A stretch of 64,000 bases of DNA from Octopus sinensis (taxonomy: Eukaryota). Location of the stretch: positions 47,120,001 to 47,184,000 of the forward strand of contig NC_043006.1 of assembly GCF_006345805.1 (NCBI RefSeq), given 5' to 3'. Shown piece by piece: positions 1-14,057 of this stretch. The translations under genes were made by a program, and so were the position numbers. Below the pieces are notes generated by a model. The model made no database searches. It was not told where the DNA came from and worked only from the letters and a program-made list of their open reading frames with translations. Every line of letters begins with the position of its first letter. The first letter of the stretch is position 1.

Positions 1-850
1 TAAAATACCGCAAAGAGAGTACTGCAGCACATGAACAATACACCTTCAGGTGAAGAAGTAAATTTGGCATTACATATATTGAGATCAGATAGAGGTCCTA
101 GATTGCACGGTAGTCCAGTGGAAATTCTGATAGCAGAGTGGTGGGTTTCATATTTTATCTAAAATACATAGCCTGATCATTCGTGTTTGGAATGAAGCTG
201 CTGTGCCACAGTAATGCATAAATGGCATTGTAATCTGTATGTACTAGGGTAAGGGCCCAAAATCATTTGTCGTAATTCTAGAGGAATAACTCTCCTGGCA
301 CATACCGGGAAGATACTTTCAAGGTTCATGTTATATTGTCTCGTTGAAAATGTGTGTCCATATGCGATCCAGATGACCAACGTGGTTTCAGAATTGTACA
401 AGGAACTATGGATATATTTTCTGTGAGGCGCTGTGGATTGGTTTGTGTAAACTTTGTTGCCCAACACATTTTGTACGCATCTTTAAGAAACTACATAGAA
501 GCACGACGGCTCAGATAGTCTTTAATGCTGATCTTTCACGCGAATTTTTGGTGAACAATAGCGTCAAACAGGGAGATATTCCTGCCCCTGCACTTTTCTC
601 TATTTTGCTGCATTGCTTTGATATGCCTTCAAGGAAGGCAACAGGAGAATCGGAATCAGGTTTCGGATATCTTGTCGCTATTTTAATCTTAACCCGGTTT
701 AATTGCAAAGCAAATACTTTCAAAACAATTGTCACAGAATCGCTTTCCGCTGATGATGTTTCGGCACACTCAGTAAAATATATGCAACATATAATGGACA
801 GCTTTTTCACTGATTTTGTACATTTTGGACTCATAATTAGTCTTAGGGAA
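1..850 (+). mobile_element. Decayed RTE-clade LINE reverse transcriptase fragment
   Basis: Translation gives NSRGITLL..GKILSR, then FLVNNSVKQGDIPAPALFSILL (cf. RTE FPVTNGVKQGCVLAPTLFS) and SLSADD...MQHIMDSF...FGLIISL (cf. LLFADD...FGLTIS). Stops and frameshifts present; cut off by the (TATG)n at ~851. Confidence 0.8.
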
Positions 851-931
851 GTATGTATGTATGTACGGATGTATGTATGTATGTATGTATGTATGTACGT
901 ATGTATGTATGTATGTATGTATGTATGTATG

Positions 932-961
<30 letters not shown>
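851..961. repeat. (TATG)n microsatellite
   Basis: Direct tandem TATG run; explains the YVCM repeat in ORF 443-1153. Confidence 0.97.
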
Positions 962-962
<1 letters not shown>

Positions 963-2340
963 GTTCTGCATTAGTAAGGCAACATGAAATGAAGTATCAC
1001 ACAATACCGTCACAGTTCGAGGAATCGAACGCACGACTTTATGATCACGAGTCAATTACACTAACTACTAAAGTATATGCCTTTACATTTATACGCATGT
1101 GTGAGTTTGTGTGTGTGTACACGCCTGTGCTTGTGGCTTGTGTGATTCTATGAGGGTTGAAGTGTATGGAAATAAAATGCTGGAAGCGCCATTCTATATA
1201 AAAGCATATTTTACGTCTCGAAACAAGCTGTAAAGCAATGATTTCAGAACCAAATTTATTAACTACTTCTACGATAATCTATCTTCTCTGAGTAGAAATA
1301 TTTCTTATTTGATGAAAACTAAGATTCACGACGTCATTCAGTGGTGTCAGATTTTCATAAATAATTAAACACTTAACAAGTTTTCTCAAGACCACACTTT
1401 GTTCTAAGAGAGATCTTGTTATACAGCAGACGTGCTTCATTTTTAATTGACACCACGAACAGCCTTGTTCGCTGAACAACTTGTTATCACATAGAACATT
1501 CCATTGCTTTATATTTATAGGTCATGCCACCCACTTGTCATGAATTTAGAAGATATGCCCAAATACGGCGTAACATTACTGATGCCTTCCAAAATAAATC
1601 AAACTCCTTCATTTGTGTTCGGAATTGTCAGTCTTATTGAAAAGTTGTTAGCATGTGTGAATCTACGATGTTAAATTTTGAAAGATTTATTTGACAGAAA
1701 GGAAAATATACAATCAACAACCGGTTGAAAGAAATGTGTGGATCAACAGGTCAACATCCAAACAATTCCAATTCCTTATAAATAATGAGTATTTCTGGAA
1801 GTCATCCAAAAAGGGTAAATATGGAAAAGATATTTAAATTTCTTCAATAATGTACTAGTAGGTGGTGGTTTCGCACGCAGGAAACAAATTAATTGTAAGA
1901 ATTCTTATTAATTTTAGAGAAGCAAGAAACTTTTAATTGGAAGCTAAGATGTTCGAATGAAGGGAGTGACTATTACGGATCATTCAGTTCGCTAAGCAAT
2001 AGCCCTGATATCTGCCATGTAACTACGATAAAACAGAAGAAGATGGATAACATTATTTAGGCTATAGAATCTCTGAATAAACGATAAGATGGTCATGGGT
2101 GAATAATTTTAATCATAGGTTTGTTTAAATAGAGCTACTGTAGAGTAAACACAACTAGAAAAAGCTGTACAAAACTAATTGTCTTGATTTAACTATGTAA
2201 AATATTCAAAATAATATCTTCTAACATTTTAGATCATGCGTCAAAATGCGGGGTAAAATATTATTTATATTATATAGCGCACAAGAGAGTTTGATTTCAA
2301 TGTCTGTGATAATAATTCTAGTTTTTTGATACACATGATA

Positions 2341-2906
2341 TTGGGTTGTCCGGAAAGTTCATGCCGATTTTTAAAGGAAAGAAAAAGGTCAATAAATACT
2401 TGCCATTACATTTTTAATCAACCAAATATGAACCATTTTGTTGCACAATTCGTCTCCATCTTTCCTTTAACTTGAAAATACTCTCTTCCCAGAATTGAGG
2501 TGGTTTCATGGCGAAGAATTCATCAAGGTGTCATTCTGCGTCATCCAAGTAATTGAAATTTTTACCATTAAGACTATTCTGCAGAGACCTGAATAAGTGG
2601 AAATCCGAAGGTGCAATATCTGGTGAATATGGAGAGTGGGGTAACACATCCCAGCCGAGCTGCAGCCATTTTTGTCTGGTTCCCAAAGCATCAAGTGCCG
2701 AAAATGAACTTTCTTATCTTCCAATTTAAAGGGTTACAGAATTAACACAGGTTATAGGAACGTAAACCTTCTTCCACGAAAAGATAGCTTAAACTGTGAT
2801 CTAAATGAAGTTGTAGTCAAATCCTATTTCATGTACTCAACCATGTTCTAAAATAAGTGGAAAACTAAGCTACTATAAATCGGCACGAACTTTCCGGACA
2901 ACCCAA
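2341..2906 (-). mobile_element. Internally deleted non-autonomous mariner element (MITE-like) with both TIRs
   Basis: 30-bp TIRs ttgggttgtccggaaagttc(a/g)tgccgattt at 2341-2370 and 2877-2906 (1 mismatch), TA on both flanks. Minus strand carries N-terminal EDKKVHFRHLMLWE joined to C-terminal GWDVLPHSPYSPDIAPSDFHLFRSLQN...WRRIVQQNGSYLVD*. Confidence 0.93.
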
Positions 2907-4264
2907 TAAATACAAGTTGTTCAATTAATACCAAGAAACTGAATGTTGTGGATGAGACAAGTAGAGAGAAAGTAAAAATATTGTAGGATTATTAGCTACG
3001 TTAGTCTACATTGCGTGTTCAGAATCTGGAGAAGTAAGCTCAAAATAATGGTATGAAAATCGATAATATGAATATCAGAAAAGCATTAGGTTTGATATAA
3101 GCAGCTATAACGTGGTTATTTGCCAATGGTTCTTTATGTATGCGCCCAAAAATATTATAGACAAAATAAATAGCAGTTGAACACTGGGGTTTATGTAATC
3201 AACTTACGCTCTCTCGCGAAGTTGCTGGTCTTGGGTCAAAATCTGAAGCGAATATATTAGGCAAGTAAATGCGATAATGTGGCGGAATCTTTAACAAAGT
3301 GTTTAGCGATATTTTGTTCATCCCTGTGTTCTAAGGTCAAATTCCATTAAGGTTAAACCTTGCCTTTCATCGTTTCGGGGGTGGATAATATGAGTACTAG
3401 TTGATCACTGAGATCAATGTTATCGTCCTGCCCCCACCACCAACATTTTTAGTCTTGTTCCACGACTTGAAAATAAGATATTAGGTACGTATTTATTGCT
3501 AGAAAATTCTTCAGATCTAGCGTAACATTTCCAGCCTTTCCTCATTATTGACAAAAAATGCCATTTGCAAAGATCCGTATTCCATTAAAAATAGTAATAT
3601 CTAATTTAACGCTACAGTTTTCTGTGAATGAGACGTAATTTGATGTATACCAGCCAAATGAGAAGTCTGTATGTTTTTGCTCCTTCTGATATAAGTACTG
3701 CTATTCGTAGAGAAGTTTCAATGTTGAAATATACATTGGATATCATAATTGTACATATATGTAATGCATGGCAAAAAAAAAAAAATAAAATGATGGCAAT
3801 ATTTTGAAATCATTTGATTATATATATTGTTCACTAGAGCTGCCCTAAGGTGCTTAGACGAGAATAAATTTGATGTTAAGATTACTTTGATACACAGAAA
3901 CACACCTGTAGAAACGCATACACACAAGTATTTGGTGGTGTGTGTTGCATTATACATTGTATTTCAATTGACCGGTTTCTATGAATTAGGATAGGAAGCA
4001 ATCGATTCGGCTATTGTTCTTGCGCGTTTGGAAATTTCACCCAATCCAAATAAATCTAACCGTCTTTGGTATCTTCTAACGAATATTTCAATTTAGAAGC
4101 ATAGGTGTTAAACACAGAACTATTGAGATCTAATGGAAGCTTTATATATGTTCTAGACATATGTGATTAATATTCTTATTCTCATATTATTATTTTTGAA
4201 TACCAGTGACATTGGCTGCGTATTTAATTTAATTAGAAATCATAAAATTGAAACGTCACTAGTG

Positions 4265-4424
4265 CAGCTCAAGCGTGGCTGTGTATTAAGAAGTTTGCTT
4301 TTCCAAAATATGGCTTCTGGTTCAGTCTCAACGTGACATTTTGGGCAAGAGTGTTCTACTATAGTCTCGCTCCGATCAAAGCATTTTCAGTGTATTTGGT
4401 AAGCGGAAATAGAAAGAAGCCCAT

Positions 4425-4488
<64 letters not shown>

Positions 4489-4550
4489 TATACATACATA
4501 CATACATACATACATACATACGTACGTACGTACATACATACATACATACA

Positions 4551-4583
<33 letters not shown>

Positions 4584-4795
4584 GTCTTTGTGTCTGAGTT
4601 TATCATCCACCATAGTTTCACAAGCGGTGTTTTGGTGTTTATTTTACTGTAAGTTCGGCAAGACAGACCAGTACAAAAAGTGTTCGGTTTGAAAAAACAA
4701 AGTATTGAGATCGATTTTTTTCGACAAAAATTCTTCAAATCGGTGCCTCAGCATGCCTGCAGCCTAATGATTGAAGCAAATAAAAAGCAAAACTA
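4265..4795 (+). mobile_element. Diverged CORE-type tRNA SINE (family A) split by a (TA)n/(TACA)n microsatellite
   Basis: Head gtggctgtgtattaagaagtttgctt...ggttcagtc...gggcaagagtgtt; tail ...gcatgcctgcagcctaatgattgaagcaaataaaa; microsatellite at 4427-4581. Confidence 0.7.
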
Positions 4796-5020
4796 TTTCA
4801 TTTAATGAAATCACGGGGAACTATGAAGGTGAATAACCACCTTCCCACAACCGTAGGCATGCGAATTCATGTGAAATGTCCATATTTTTCATCTTTGGAA
4901 ATATAAAAATTAAGGTGATTTCTCACATAAAAATAATGATACCATCGTTCTCTCTTTGATACTAACATCAGAGAGTTTCATGCAATTGATTAGAAACATC
5001 TTGCTTATTTTCAATTCTAT

Positions 5021-5410
5021 TCTTTTACTCCTTTACTTGTTTCAGTCACTTGACTGTGGCCATGCTGGAGCACCGCTTTTAGTCGAGCAAATCGACCCAG
5101 AATTTATTCTTTGTAAGCCTAGTACTTATTCTATCGGATCTCTTTTGCTGAACCGCTAAGTTACGGTGACGTAAACACACCAGCATCGGTTGACAAACAC
5201 AGACACACAAACATATACACACACAAACATATATATATATATACATATATACGACGGGCTTCTTTCAGTTTCCGTCTTCCAAATCCACTCACAAGGCTTT
5301 GGTTGGCTCGAGGCTATCGTAGAAGACATTTACTCAAGGTGCCACGCAGTGGGACTGAACTCGGAACAATGTGGTTCGTAAACAAGCTACTTACCATACA
5401 GCCACTCCTA
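5021..5410 (-). mobile_element. CORE-type tRNA-derived SINE (family A), near full length
   Basis: Reverse complement of the family consensus seen repeatedly in this window (ggagtggctgtgtggtaag...ggttcagtcccactgcgtggcaccttgggcaagtgtctt...gaaacaagtaaaagagtaaaag). Confidence 0.9.
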
Positions 5411-5849
5411 CCTGCAGGTGAAATTTCTGTACCCGACTTTGTGTATTCCATTCCCTTAAAATTCTACGTTTTGAAAACCCATAGTGATTATAATGAAGTG
5501 CATCAATGATTGGTTGTATAAATTAAAATTATAATCTGGTTATTTTGTAGGTTATCAGTCATTTGGCGTTTAGTGTTTTCTTTCTCACTTTTGACCTGTC
5601 CACTACATCTATGATTATACAACCAGAATTTCCCAGAGTTTTTTGGGACCCTAAGAAATAAATCATTTATTCGACGTTTTTATGGGAATATTGCATAGGC
5701 ATTTCTTGCAGCGAAACAAAGGAATTAATAATATCATAAATTTCATATTTCGCATATGACACTCAGTGGCACATATGGTATTTTATATTGATTGAACAAC
5801 AATATTTGAATATATGTGCACTCACATGAAACAGATAATCAATGTATAT

Positions 5850-6215
5850 CGTGGCACTCCGTCGGTTACGACGACGACAGTTCCAGTTGATTCGATCAAC
5901 GGAGCACCCTACTCGTGAAATTACCGTGTAAGTGGCTGAGCTCTCCACAGACATGTGTACCCTTACCATAGTTTCCGGGGAGATTCAGCATGACACAAGG
6001 TATGACAAGGCTGGCCCTTTGAAATACAAGTACAACAGAAATAGGAAGAAAGAATGGGAGAAAGTTGTGGTGAAACAGTACAGCAGGGTTCGCCACCACT
6101 CCCTGCCGTGGCCTCGTAGAGCACTAGGTGTTTTCGCTCAGTAAACACTCTCAACGCCCGGTCTGGTAATCAAATCCGCGAGTTCACTGTTCTTAATCAC
6201 TGGGCAATTACGCCT
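5850..6215 (-). mobile_element. Adjacent fragments of tRNA SINE families C (3' part) and D (5' part)
   Basis: 5850-6035 is the reverse complement of the 44630-44800 SINE tail. 6040-6215 is the reverse complement of the 40362-40535 SINE head. Confidence 0.75.
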
Positions 6216-6761
6216 ACACTAATAACGTATATATAAATACATAGTGTATTGTCATATAGGTAGCACTGAGACGGCTAGCTAATCATTTGTTAGATAATAA
6301 TATTCTTCTGAAAGCATTGCTGATCAGAAATTCCCAGAGAATTTCTACTAAATTTCAAAGGGTCTGGCAATCGTTGCTTCAGTTACTTTTAATTTTTCAC
6401 CGCGATGTACGAAGCAACAAAAATACAAGTTGTAAATACAAGTTTCAAAAAAAGCATGAGCCGAGAATCAACCAAGTCATTCGGAAAATGTTGGTTGGCA
6501 TTTTCTCAATTAATTGTAGTAATAAAGCGTCATGTAATGACTGAAATAATATTTATAATAATCGACCTGTGTCCCAGCACACAGTCCTAGGAATTTAAAA
6601 CGGAACTGATGTCGCTACCAAAGTCAAAACAGCATTGACCTACGTTCTACAACAGCGCCCTATACACAGCAACCATCTTGCGATCCCATTTTCTTCTACA
6701 AGCTTAATAAAATATTTCATTTGCCAAGCCCATGAACCTTGCGGTTCCTTGTATATTTATG

Positions 6762-6832
<71 letters not shown>

Positions 6833-9800
6833 TGTCGGTGTGTGAGTGTGTGTGTATGTATGTGTGTATGTGTGTGTGAATATACAAGTACACACAGGCA
6901 TACGTGTGCGCAGGCGCACATAAATTTCTCCCTCTCCAACTGATTTGTTTCCTCATTCTTCTCTGTAGAAGAGCGTAGGTACGTCAAAGACTTCCAGTTT
7001 TCCTGAGCAACAAACTAGCATACACTGTTTGTTATTGTTCCTTTGCCTGTTGCTTTCATTTGCTTTTTTTGTTGTTTTTTTGGCATAGTTTTGAACCCTG
7101 TACATAAGTGTGTGTGAGTGTGTGTGTACGCACAAGTGCGTGTATGCGCGCGCATGTGTTTGTGTGTGTGTGAGCGCATGTGTGTGTTTATGTGTGTTTG
7201 AGGGCGCGTACTGGTGTGGATATGCGTTGTGTGTGAATACCTGTGTGGATGTAAGTGTATCAGTGTGTGAATGCATGTCTGTTTGCGTCATTGCGTAGCC
7301 CCAAGTCGTCGTTGATGAAGGAAAGATCTTCCATCATGAATCAGCTCGTCTTCTTTTCTTTTAAAATCTTTTTAATGTAGCTCCACAAATTTTATTATAA
7401 TAAATAACATTCGTTTTCGAAACCAGATAGAATATAATTTCAAGGAAATGTAGCTGGCAATTTTAGTTTCATCAGCCATGTCGAAACCACATTCTGATGA
7501 TCGATATGCAAGCATTTTTTGTATGTGAGATATGTTTATAGGAAGAAAAGATAAAAAGAAATACAGAAACTGCACACTAGGTATAAAAGTAATGGCATTT
7601 AAAAAGAGCAAAGATATACACATAAAAATAAATGATTTGAGGTGGAATTAAGGAGTATAAAAATCATTATTATGAGTCATTATAGAAAGCCATACCGGTT
7701 TCTTCAAAGCTGATCACCAGATCGTTATAGCTGACTACTGATCTGGGACACAAATCGACTGTATTCATATATATATATTAGATATTTGTATATTGATACT
7801 TTGGTTTTATGTTCTATATATGATCTAAAACCTGAAAGTATATGAATTAACATGTTATTCTAAAATATATCAAATACTTTATGTTTATAAAGTCCTTGAC
7901 ATATTTGAGTAGATTTTGTTTGGTCTATAAACAAAATATGAGTACCACTCTAGTTCTGTCTATATATATGTGCGAAAAGACCGACAAAAAAATCTAGTTA
8001 GATAGATAAGCAGATAGAGTGAGAGAGGGAGAGAATGAGAGTTTGTTCCTGTACGCGTGCGTCTATGCAATATTTCTGCATGCGCTTGTTAGTATGAGAT
8101 ATACTATACCATAGATTCTAATGTTTTCATGAAAACTATTCTGTCAAAAGTTTCTCCCGTACCCCCGTATATAGCATCATATTTAGTTGATAATTTCTAA
8201 CATTTTAATGTTCTTGCAGATTTTAGTATCTCGGTCCCGCCGCATATTTCTTTCTTCTTTTTTGACTTTGTACGGTTGTTTTAAATCCATAAGTTTTAAT
8301 GTTTGGCTAATTCATTTTGGCGAACTTTTCCATTAAGATTTCCAGATAAGACTTCCCAAAATGAACATTAAAAGTATTTAGTGATGTATATTTTACAGAG
8401 TTAACAATCTCCTAATGTAATAAACGATATCAAATATCATCGAGATGAAAATTGTTGATAAACAGTTAGGTGATACGCTTTCATAGATTATTTTTGACGT
8501 AATGTTCATTTCTGTTTTTGGTTTTTGAATGTCTTTAATATTTTCTGTACTATGGAAAGTAAAAAAAAAAAAGTTTGCGCCTTATCTTTGATTTGACTTT
8601 AGAATGCCAGAGTCTACTGCTATTTTGTTACAAAGATAATAGTCTGATAACACGATCAAATAAATAAATGATTATTATTAAACATAAATTGATTTTGCGA
8701 TTATATATTTTCCCTTTGCTTTCTATTTTACAGTTTCACAGTGTTGTATATATTGGGTACTAGCACAAATTCATGTTTCGGCAAGAACAACTTTACTAAA
8801 GCTAAAACATCTAAATATAATTACATTCTGTTTCCACTCGAGTGTGTTTCTATTTTGACACGCTGTAAGATGGGCTATAAATATCTTACTATCAATGACA
8901 TGAAGATTTCATTTATTGTGAAGGTGAATCTAATTTACTTCGACGCTTTATACTCCATAAAGAAAGAACTCTCGTAAAAAAAGTACTAAATGTGGTAGCG
9001 TATTTCATTGTCTTCCTTCAATGAAATTCCCTATGAAAACGTATCCTTAAATTATGAAATGTGTGTCATAGACGTAATTAATTATCAGACAATAATAATG
9101 CATAATATTCCTTTGTTTCTGTCTAAAAAGATTTTAAACTCACAAATGATAATCGACAGTAATTCAATTTTATATATACTTCAATACTTAGCTCAGTTTC
9201 GGCCAAAATTCGCCCAGGTCATGAGTAACGTTATGCCTTACAAACGTTATGAGGCGCTCTCAAAATGGTGTCACGCAACAGATATTGCCGTCAAGACATG
9301 AATGTTAAACATCACATTGGACACAGTATATTCCTTTATTTTAATCACTCAGTGAATATATCTTATCTATTCTTCAAAACAAATAATACTGAGATGCATA
9401 GTTTTGATTATGGAAATGAAACACGTGAAAAAAGAAATACCAAATATACCAGATTTGATATTAATAACGTTCAGACAAAAAGGCAATCACACACCATTCA
9501 ACGCTATCACTGAACTAATTTGAATGGACCCAATGAGATAGTATAATTGTACTCGATTATCGTAATAACATGTTAGCCAAATATCCCTCGAACTGCAATT
9601 CGTATATGAAAATTAGGTCATATTGTTTCGTTCAGTCTAGTATACTTTATTATTGAAGAGATGGTTGTGGTGCGAATGCATTTGACAAGGGCCTGCTACG
9701 ATAAGGTTTATTTGAAGTTAAGGGTATGCAACTATTATAAGGCATTGTTCGAAAATTTCCGTATCATTTTTGTTAATATTATCATTTGACAAATTACAGT

Positions 9801-9879
9801 ATTGTTCGAAAACTGAACAAAATAAGTTGTCTTTCCTGAAGATCGAGAATTGCTGTAATCAACTGATGTGTGGTAATAT

Positions 9880-10500
9880 TACACTTGCTGCTGTGTCCAG
9901 GTATGGCTTTATTGATCAGTAGCTGATCTTTTCAGCCGTATGAACTCTTGCAGCATCACTATTGCTCTTCTGGAATCAGGTTGTTTACTTCCAGATGCTT
10001 GCTCATTTTCTGTGATATTATTGCATAAAGACTTCGTAAATTGTAGGGACACATGTTATCGGTTTGTAATTTTGTGGGTTTGCGTTTCAGTGGATTTGAG
10101 AATTAGGATAGTTTTCCCTTATGTGAGCCATTCAAACGTTGTCTCTGACTCTGCTAGTATTTCAATAAATTTCTCACCCATATTTTTATGTCTTCCTGTT
10201 AGATATTTTAACCAAACTTTGGTGGTGGGGGTCCTATTGTGCTCGAGTGCCTTCCAGTTGCTTAGTCTTTGCGGTGCTTGATTGATATCTTCAGTTGCTA
10301 TAGGGTTCCTAAATTGTTAATGTGCTGTGTTCGTTGTTTTGGTAGACCTTTTCTGAGGTTGTTACTTCGCTGACCATATTTCCTTCCAGAATTCATCCAC
10401 TTTTTCTGCTGTTGGTGCCGCAATAATCTCTATTTTATTTTTGACAAATTCCTGGTAGAATCTTTTGGGGTTGTTATCTTCATTCCGTAAACGGTGGCTT
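9880..10500 (-). mobile_element. Decayed R4/Dong-like (RLE-type) non-LTR retrotransposon RT fragment
   Basis: Minus strand NNPKRFYQEFVKNKIEI..PTAEKVDEFWKEIWS, RLSNWKA, WLKYLTG, EWLT*GKTILI.KS match the pre-RT/RT start of the R4 clade as recalled. Confidence 0.75.
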
Positions 10501-12199
10501 TTAACGGGTGGAGAGCTGAACCATCCTGGGTTACAGAGGATTCGCAATCTAGACTAGGGTCTGAAAGTTTACCACACCATAGTGGGTTACACCATGGTTC
10601 CTCTGCTTTGTGGCAGAAGTAGGAAGAAAGAGTGAAAGAAAGTTGTGGTGAAAGAGTACAGCGGGGTTCAACAATCATCCCCCTCCCCCAGTCGGAGACT
10701 GTTGCAGTCGTTTTTCTTATTATTCAATGATTTTGTTGTTCCTGCTGATACTGGTTTTTGCTTTTACTACGCTTATTTCGTTCTGAAATTATCAATATTT
10801 AATGATTTCTTTATTTTGATACTTTTTCTACTGAAAAATCATCATAACACACACGTTGAATGTTCTCCATGCAAAATTGCATCTCTTCAAGCGCATCCCA
10901 ACGCAAATATATAAAATATAATGAAAAGAATACTTTTTTTACGTAAGAAAAAAGAAACTAATAATCCTTCCTTTTATCAAATAAATCATAATATTCATTA
11001 TTTGCATTTAACTTTTCTCCCCTGACAATTCTCTTATAATTAACTTTGATTTGCGGAACTAATCTCGCCCCAAATTTTCACATATTGCAACATCAAATAC
11101 ATATAATGAGAAGAAAATAAACTTAAAAAAATAATAAATAATTCATAATTAAAATGAAATAGAATAAAAAGAAAATAGGCAAAAACCAAGTTTAAACACA
11201 CAGTAAAAAAACTACACGATATGACGTAATCAAGTGTGTGATATTGTCATATAATAATTTGCTATAAATTTCACACTTAATGAAAATTTGCGAAGTTTGA
11301 AGACTTCATATAAATTTCTTTCAATTTCTATTTTGATATTTTTTCTTTAATACTTTATGTACATTATATTTATTTGTTTATTGGTAAATATGTTACAGAG
11401 AAATTCATTAAGATATTTGTTTAATTGTGAATTTATTGCAAACTTTAATTAGTGTCTAATATTACTTTCTCCATTAATTTTGGAAGTTATGTCAAGGCGG
11501 TTTTGTTGAAATATTTCGTTATTTGTACAGTGATCTAAAAAAAGCGATGATGTTCTGTAGTGTGTAACTAGAAAGATAACAAAAAGCTATATATACATAT
11601 ATGGACTCATACACATATGCATTCGCCGCAATTTTTATTTATCATGCACATATGCATATGCTTGCAAACATACCCGGACCCATACACACATGTATATATG
11701 TACTCTCACAGATGTGTTAATTTGCATAAATGACATGAGATCTTCGTATCCACATCCATTTCTGCATCGTTAGGTGACCCATCAATGAAAGTGCAATTAT
11801 TTTGCTGTATTGAAACTGGGTTAACCAGAAATAACCTAAACGTCCAAATGTTTATCCGTGATACGTGCAATAATAAATGAATGATAATAAGAGACCTGTG
11901 ACCATAAAAGGTCCAGCTAGGTAATTCTGTCTGTTGTTTAGTCAACATCTCAGACTGTTCAATACTCAATAAGGGAGGTAGAAATCGAACTATTATGGGA
12001 CATTGCAGCCGGCCAGTAGCAATGCCGTATACCTCTAGAAGCAGTTCGGAATCTATCAATATATATTAACTGTTATGGTAAAGCTTTGTTCTTAATTCGA
12101 AAGTACACGTGTTTATATGAGTGGAATATTATTATAATATATAATTTCATAAACTTTTGTGTGGTCCATCATAATAGTTATCTCGATAACGTTGTCATA

Positions 12200-12628
12200 G
12201 GCGTAGGAGTGGCTGTGTCGTAAGTAGCTTACTTACAAACCACATGGTTCCGGGTTCAGTCCCACTGCGTAGCACCGTGGGCAAGTGTCTTCTACTATAA
12301 CTTCAGATCGACCAAAGGCTTGTGAGCAGATTTGGTAGACGGAAACGGAAAGAAGCTCGTCGTATGTATATATATGTGTATGTGCGTGTGTGTATGTTTA
12401 CCCCCTCCCCCCCAACATGTGTTTGTCCACTTAGCATTGCTTGACAACCGATGCTGGTGTGTTTACGTCCCCGTAACTTAGCGGTTCGACGAAAGAAACC
12501 GATAGAGTACGAACTAGGCTTACAAAGAATAAGTCCTGGGGTCGATTTGCTCGACTAAAGGCGGTTGCTCCAGCATGGCCGCAGTTACATGAGTGAAACA
12601 AGTAAAAAAGAGTAAAAGAAAAAGAGAG
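12200..12628 (+). mobile_element. CORE-type tRNA SINE (family A), full length
   Basis: ggcgtaggagtggctgtgtcgtaag (A-box-like), ggttccgggttcagtccc (B-box-like), central (TG)n and agtaaaag tail. Confidence 0.92.
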
Positions 12629-13424
12629 TTTTAACAATTATCCATTTGCAGCTGGTATAAATTATGTAGTACCATAACTGGGCATCTTTCTTTCCTGGAC
12701 ATGTGTGTAGGTTGACCAGAATTTTGAAATAAATTTTAGGATTCTATAGGATGAAGAATGTTTTGCTTTCGATCCAAAAATGGTGTCTATCTGTTTGCAA
12801 GCTTTCGTAGACCGGAATGTTTAAATGAAGCTTGAAATTTTTTACTGGATAGGAATCTTTTTGCCTCTAATCCAAATCAATGTCTTTTGGTTTGCAGTCA
12901 TTAGAATTTGTTGAATAAAGCCTGCGGCTCTCAGTTGATGATGAAGACACACGATCTATTTTCACTCAGCCATATAGGGATTCGTTAGCGGTGTTGCACG
13001 TTGAATAACGAATTCGGTAACAAGTCTTCACCTATCATAACCATTACGCTTATAAGAGCTAGTTTGATGAAATCCGTAAGAAAATATACCTTGGTCAAAT
13101 TACGACTCATTTTTAGCAAAATGACCTGAATGTTGATCTGTGAAAAGATAAATTTCTTGCTTGCGTACACGTTAGAGAACTTTCATTTTAGATCAAAGTT
13201 TTAACAGTGCAGATAAATCATGAATATCTTTCACTTTTCTTCATTTGGTGCCACCGACATATATTCCTTTAATTTGAGATTCATTCTTACGAGAATCATG
13301 CACTGCTGTACACAGGGTACTCATAGTTCCTTTCTGAGCTGTTTAGTTTACTACTCAGCGGAAATAATTGGTATAATTTAAGCACTTGATCCCTTCGCAT
13401 ATTCATGGCAATGCTACAAGTTGG

Positions 13425-14057
13425 GCAGCGAGCTGGCAGAATCGTTAGCACGCGCGGGCGAAATGCTTAGTGGTATTTCGTCTGCCGTTGCGTTCGAGAT
13501 CGATAAATTAAGTACCAGTTACGCACTGGGGTTAATGCAATGGACTTAATCACTTAATCTGTCCTTGTTTGCTCCCTCTGTGTTTAGCCCCTTGTGGGCA
13601 GTAAAGAAATAAAAATCGTTAGCATGCCGGACGAAATGCTTAGCAGTATTTCGTCTGCCGTTACGTCCTGAGTAATTCAGCCGAGGTCGACTTTGCCTTT
13701 CATTCTTTCGGAGTAGATTAACTAAGTACCAGTTATGCACTGGTACTTATATCGCACTGGGGTCGATATAATCGACTTAATCCGTTTGTCTGTCCTTGTT
13801 TGTCCCCTCTGTATGTAGCCCCTTGTGGGCAGTAAAGAAATAAGAAACGTCAGCACGTCGGGCGAAATGCTTAGCGGTATTTTGTCTGCCGCTACGTTCT
13901 GAGTTCAAATTCCGCCGAGGTCCACTTCGCCTTTCATCCTTTCGGGCTAGAGTAGCTAAGTACCAGTTAAGCACTTTGGTCGATATTATCGACTTAATTC
14001 CTTTGTCTATCCATGTTTGTCTCCTCTATGTTTAGCCCCCTATGGGCAATAAAGATA
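13425..14057 (+). mobile_element. Head-to-tail trimer of tRNA SINE family B (Meta/MESC-like central domain)
   Basis: Three successive units (~13425, ~13612, ~13842), each gttagca...gaaatgcttag...tttcgtctgccg...ttagccccttgtgggcagtaaagaaataa. Units 2 and 3 carry ccgaggtcgactttgcctttcatcctttcgg-like sequence. Confidence 0.85.

Noticed and set aside
3990-4160. Protein-like short frames and possible exons (also 8220, 20790, 35230, 45860, 63640)
   Set aside because: AG/GT pairs of this quality are expected by chance in 64 kb of AT-rich DNA; phases do not chain into a coherent ORF.
11706-12059. 117-aa minus-strand ORF and a possible + strand exon at 11712
   Set aside because: No recognisable domain; several mutually exclusive splice interpretations.
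12200-12290. tRNA genes at SINE heads
   Set aside because: A/B-box-like motifs are present, but they continue into SINE bodies and I could not form a cloverleaf.
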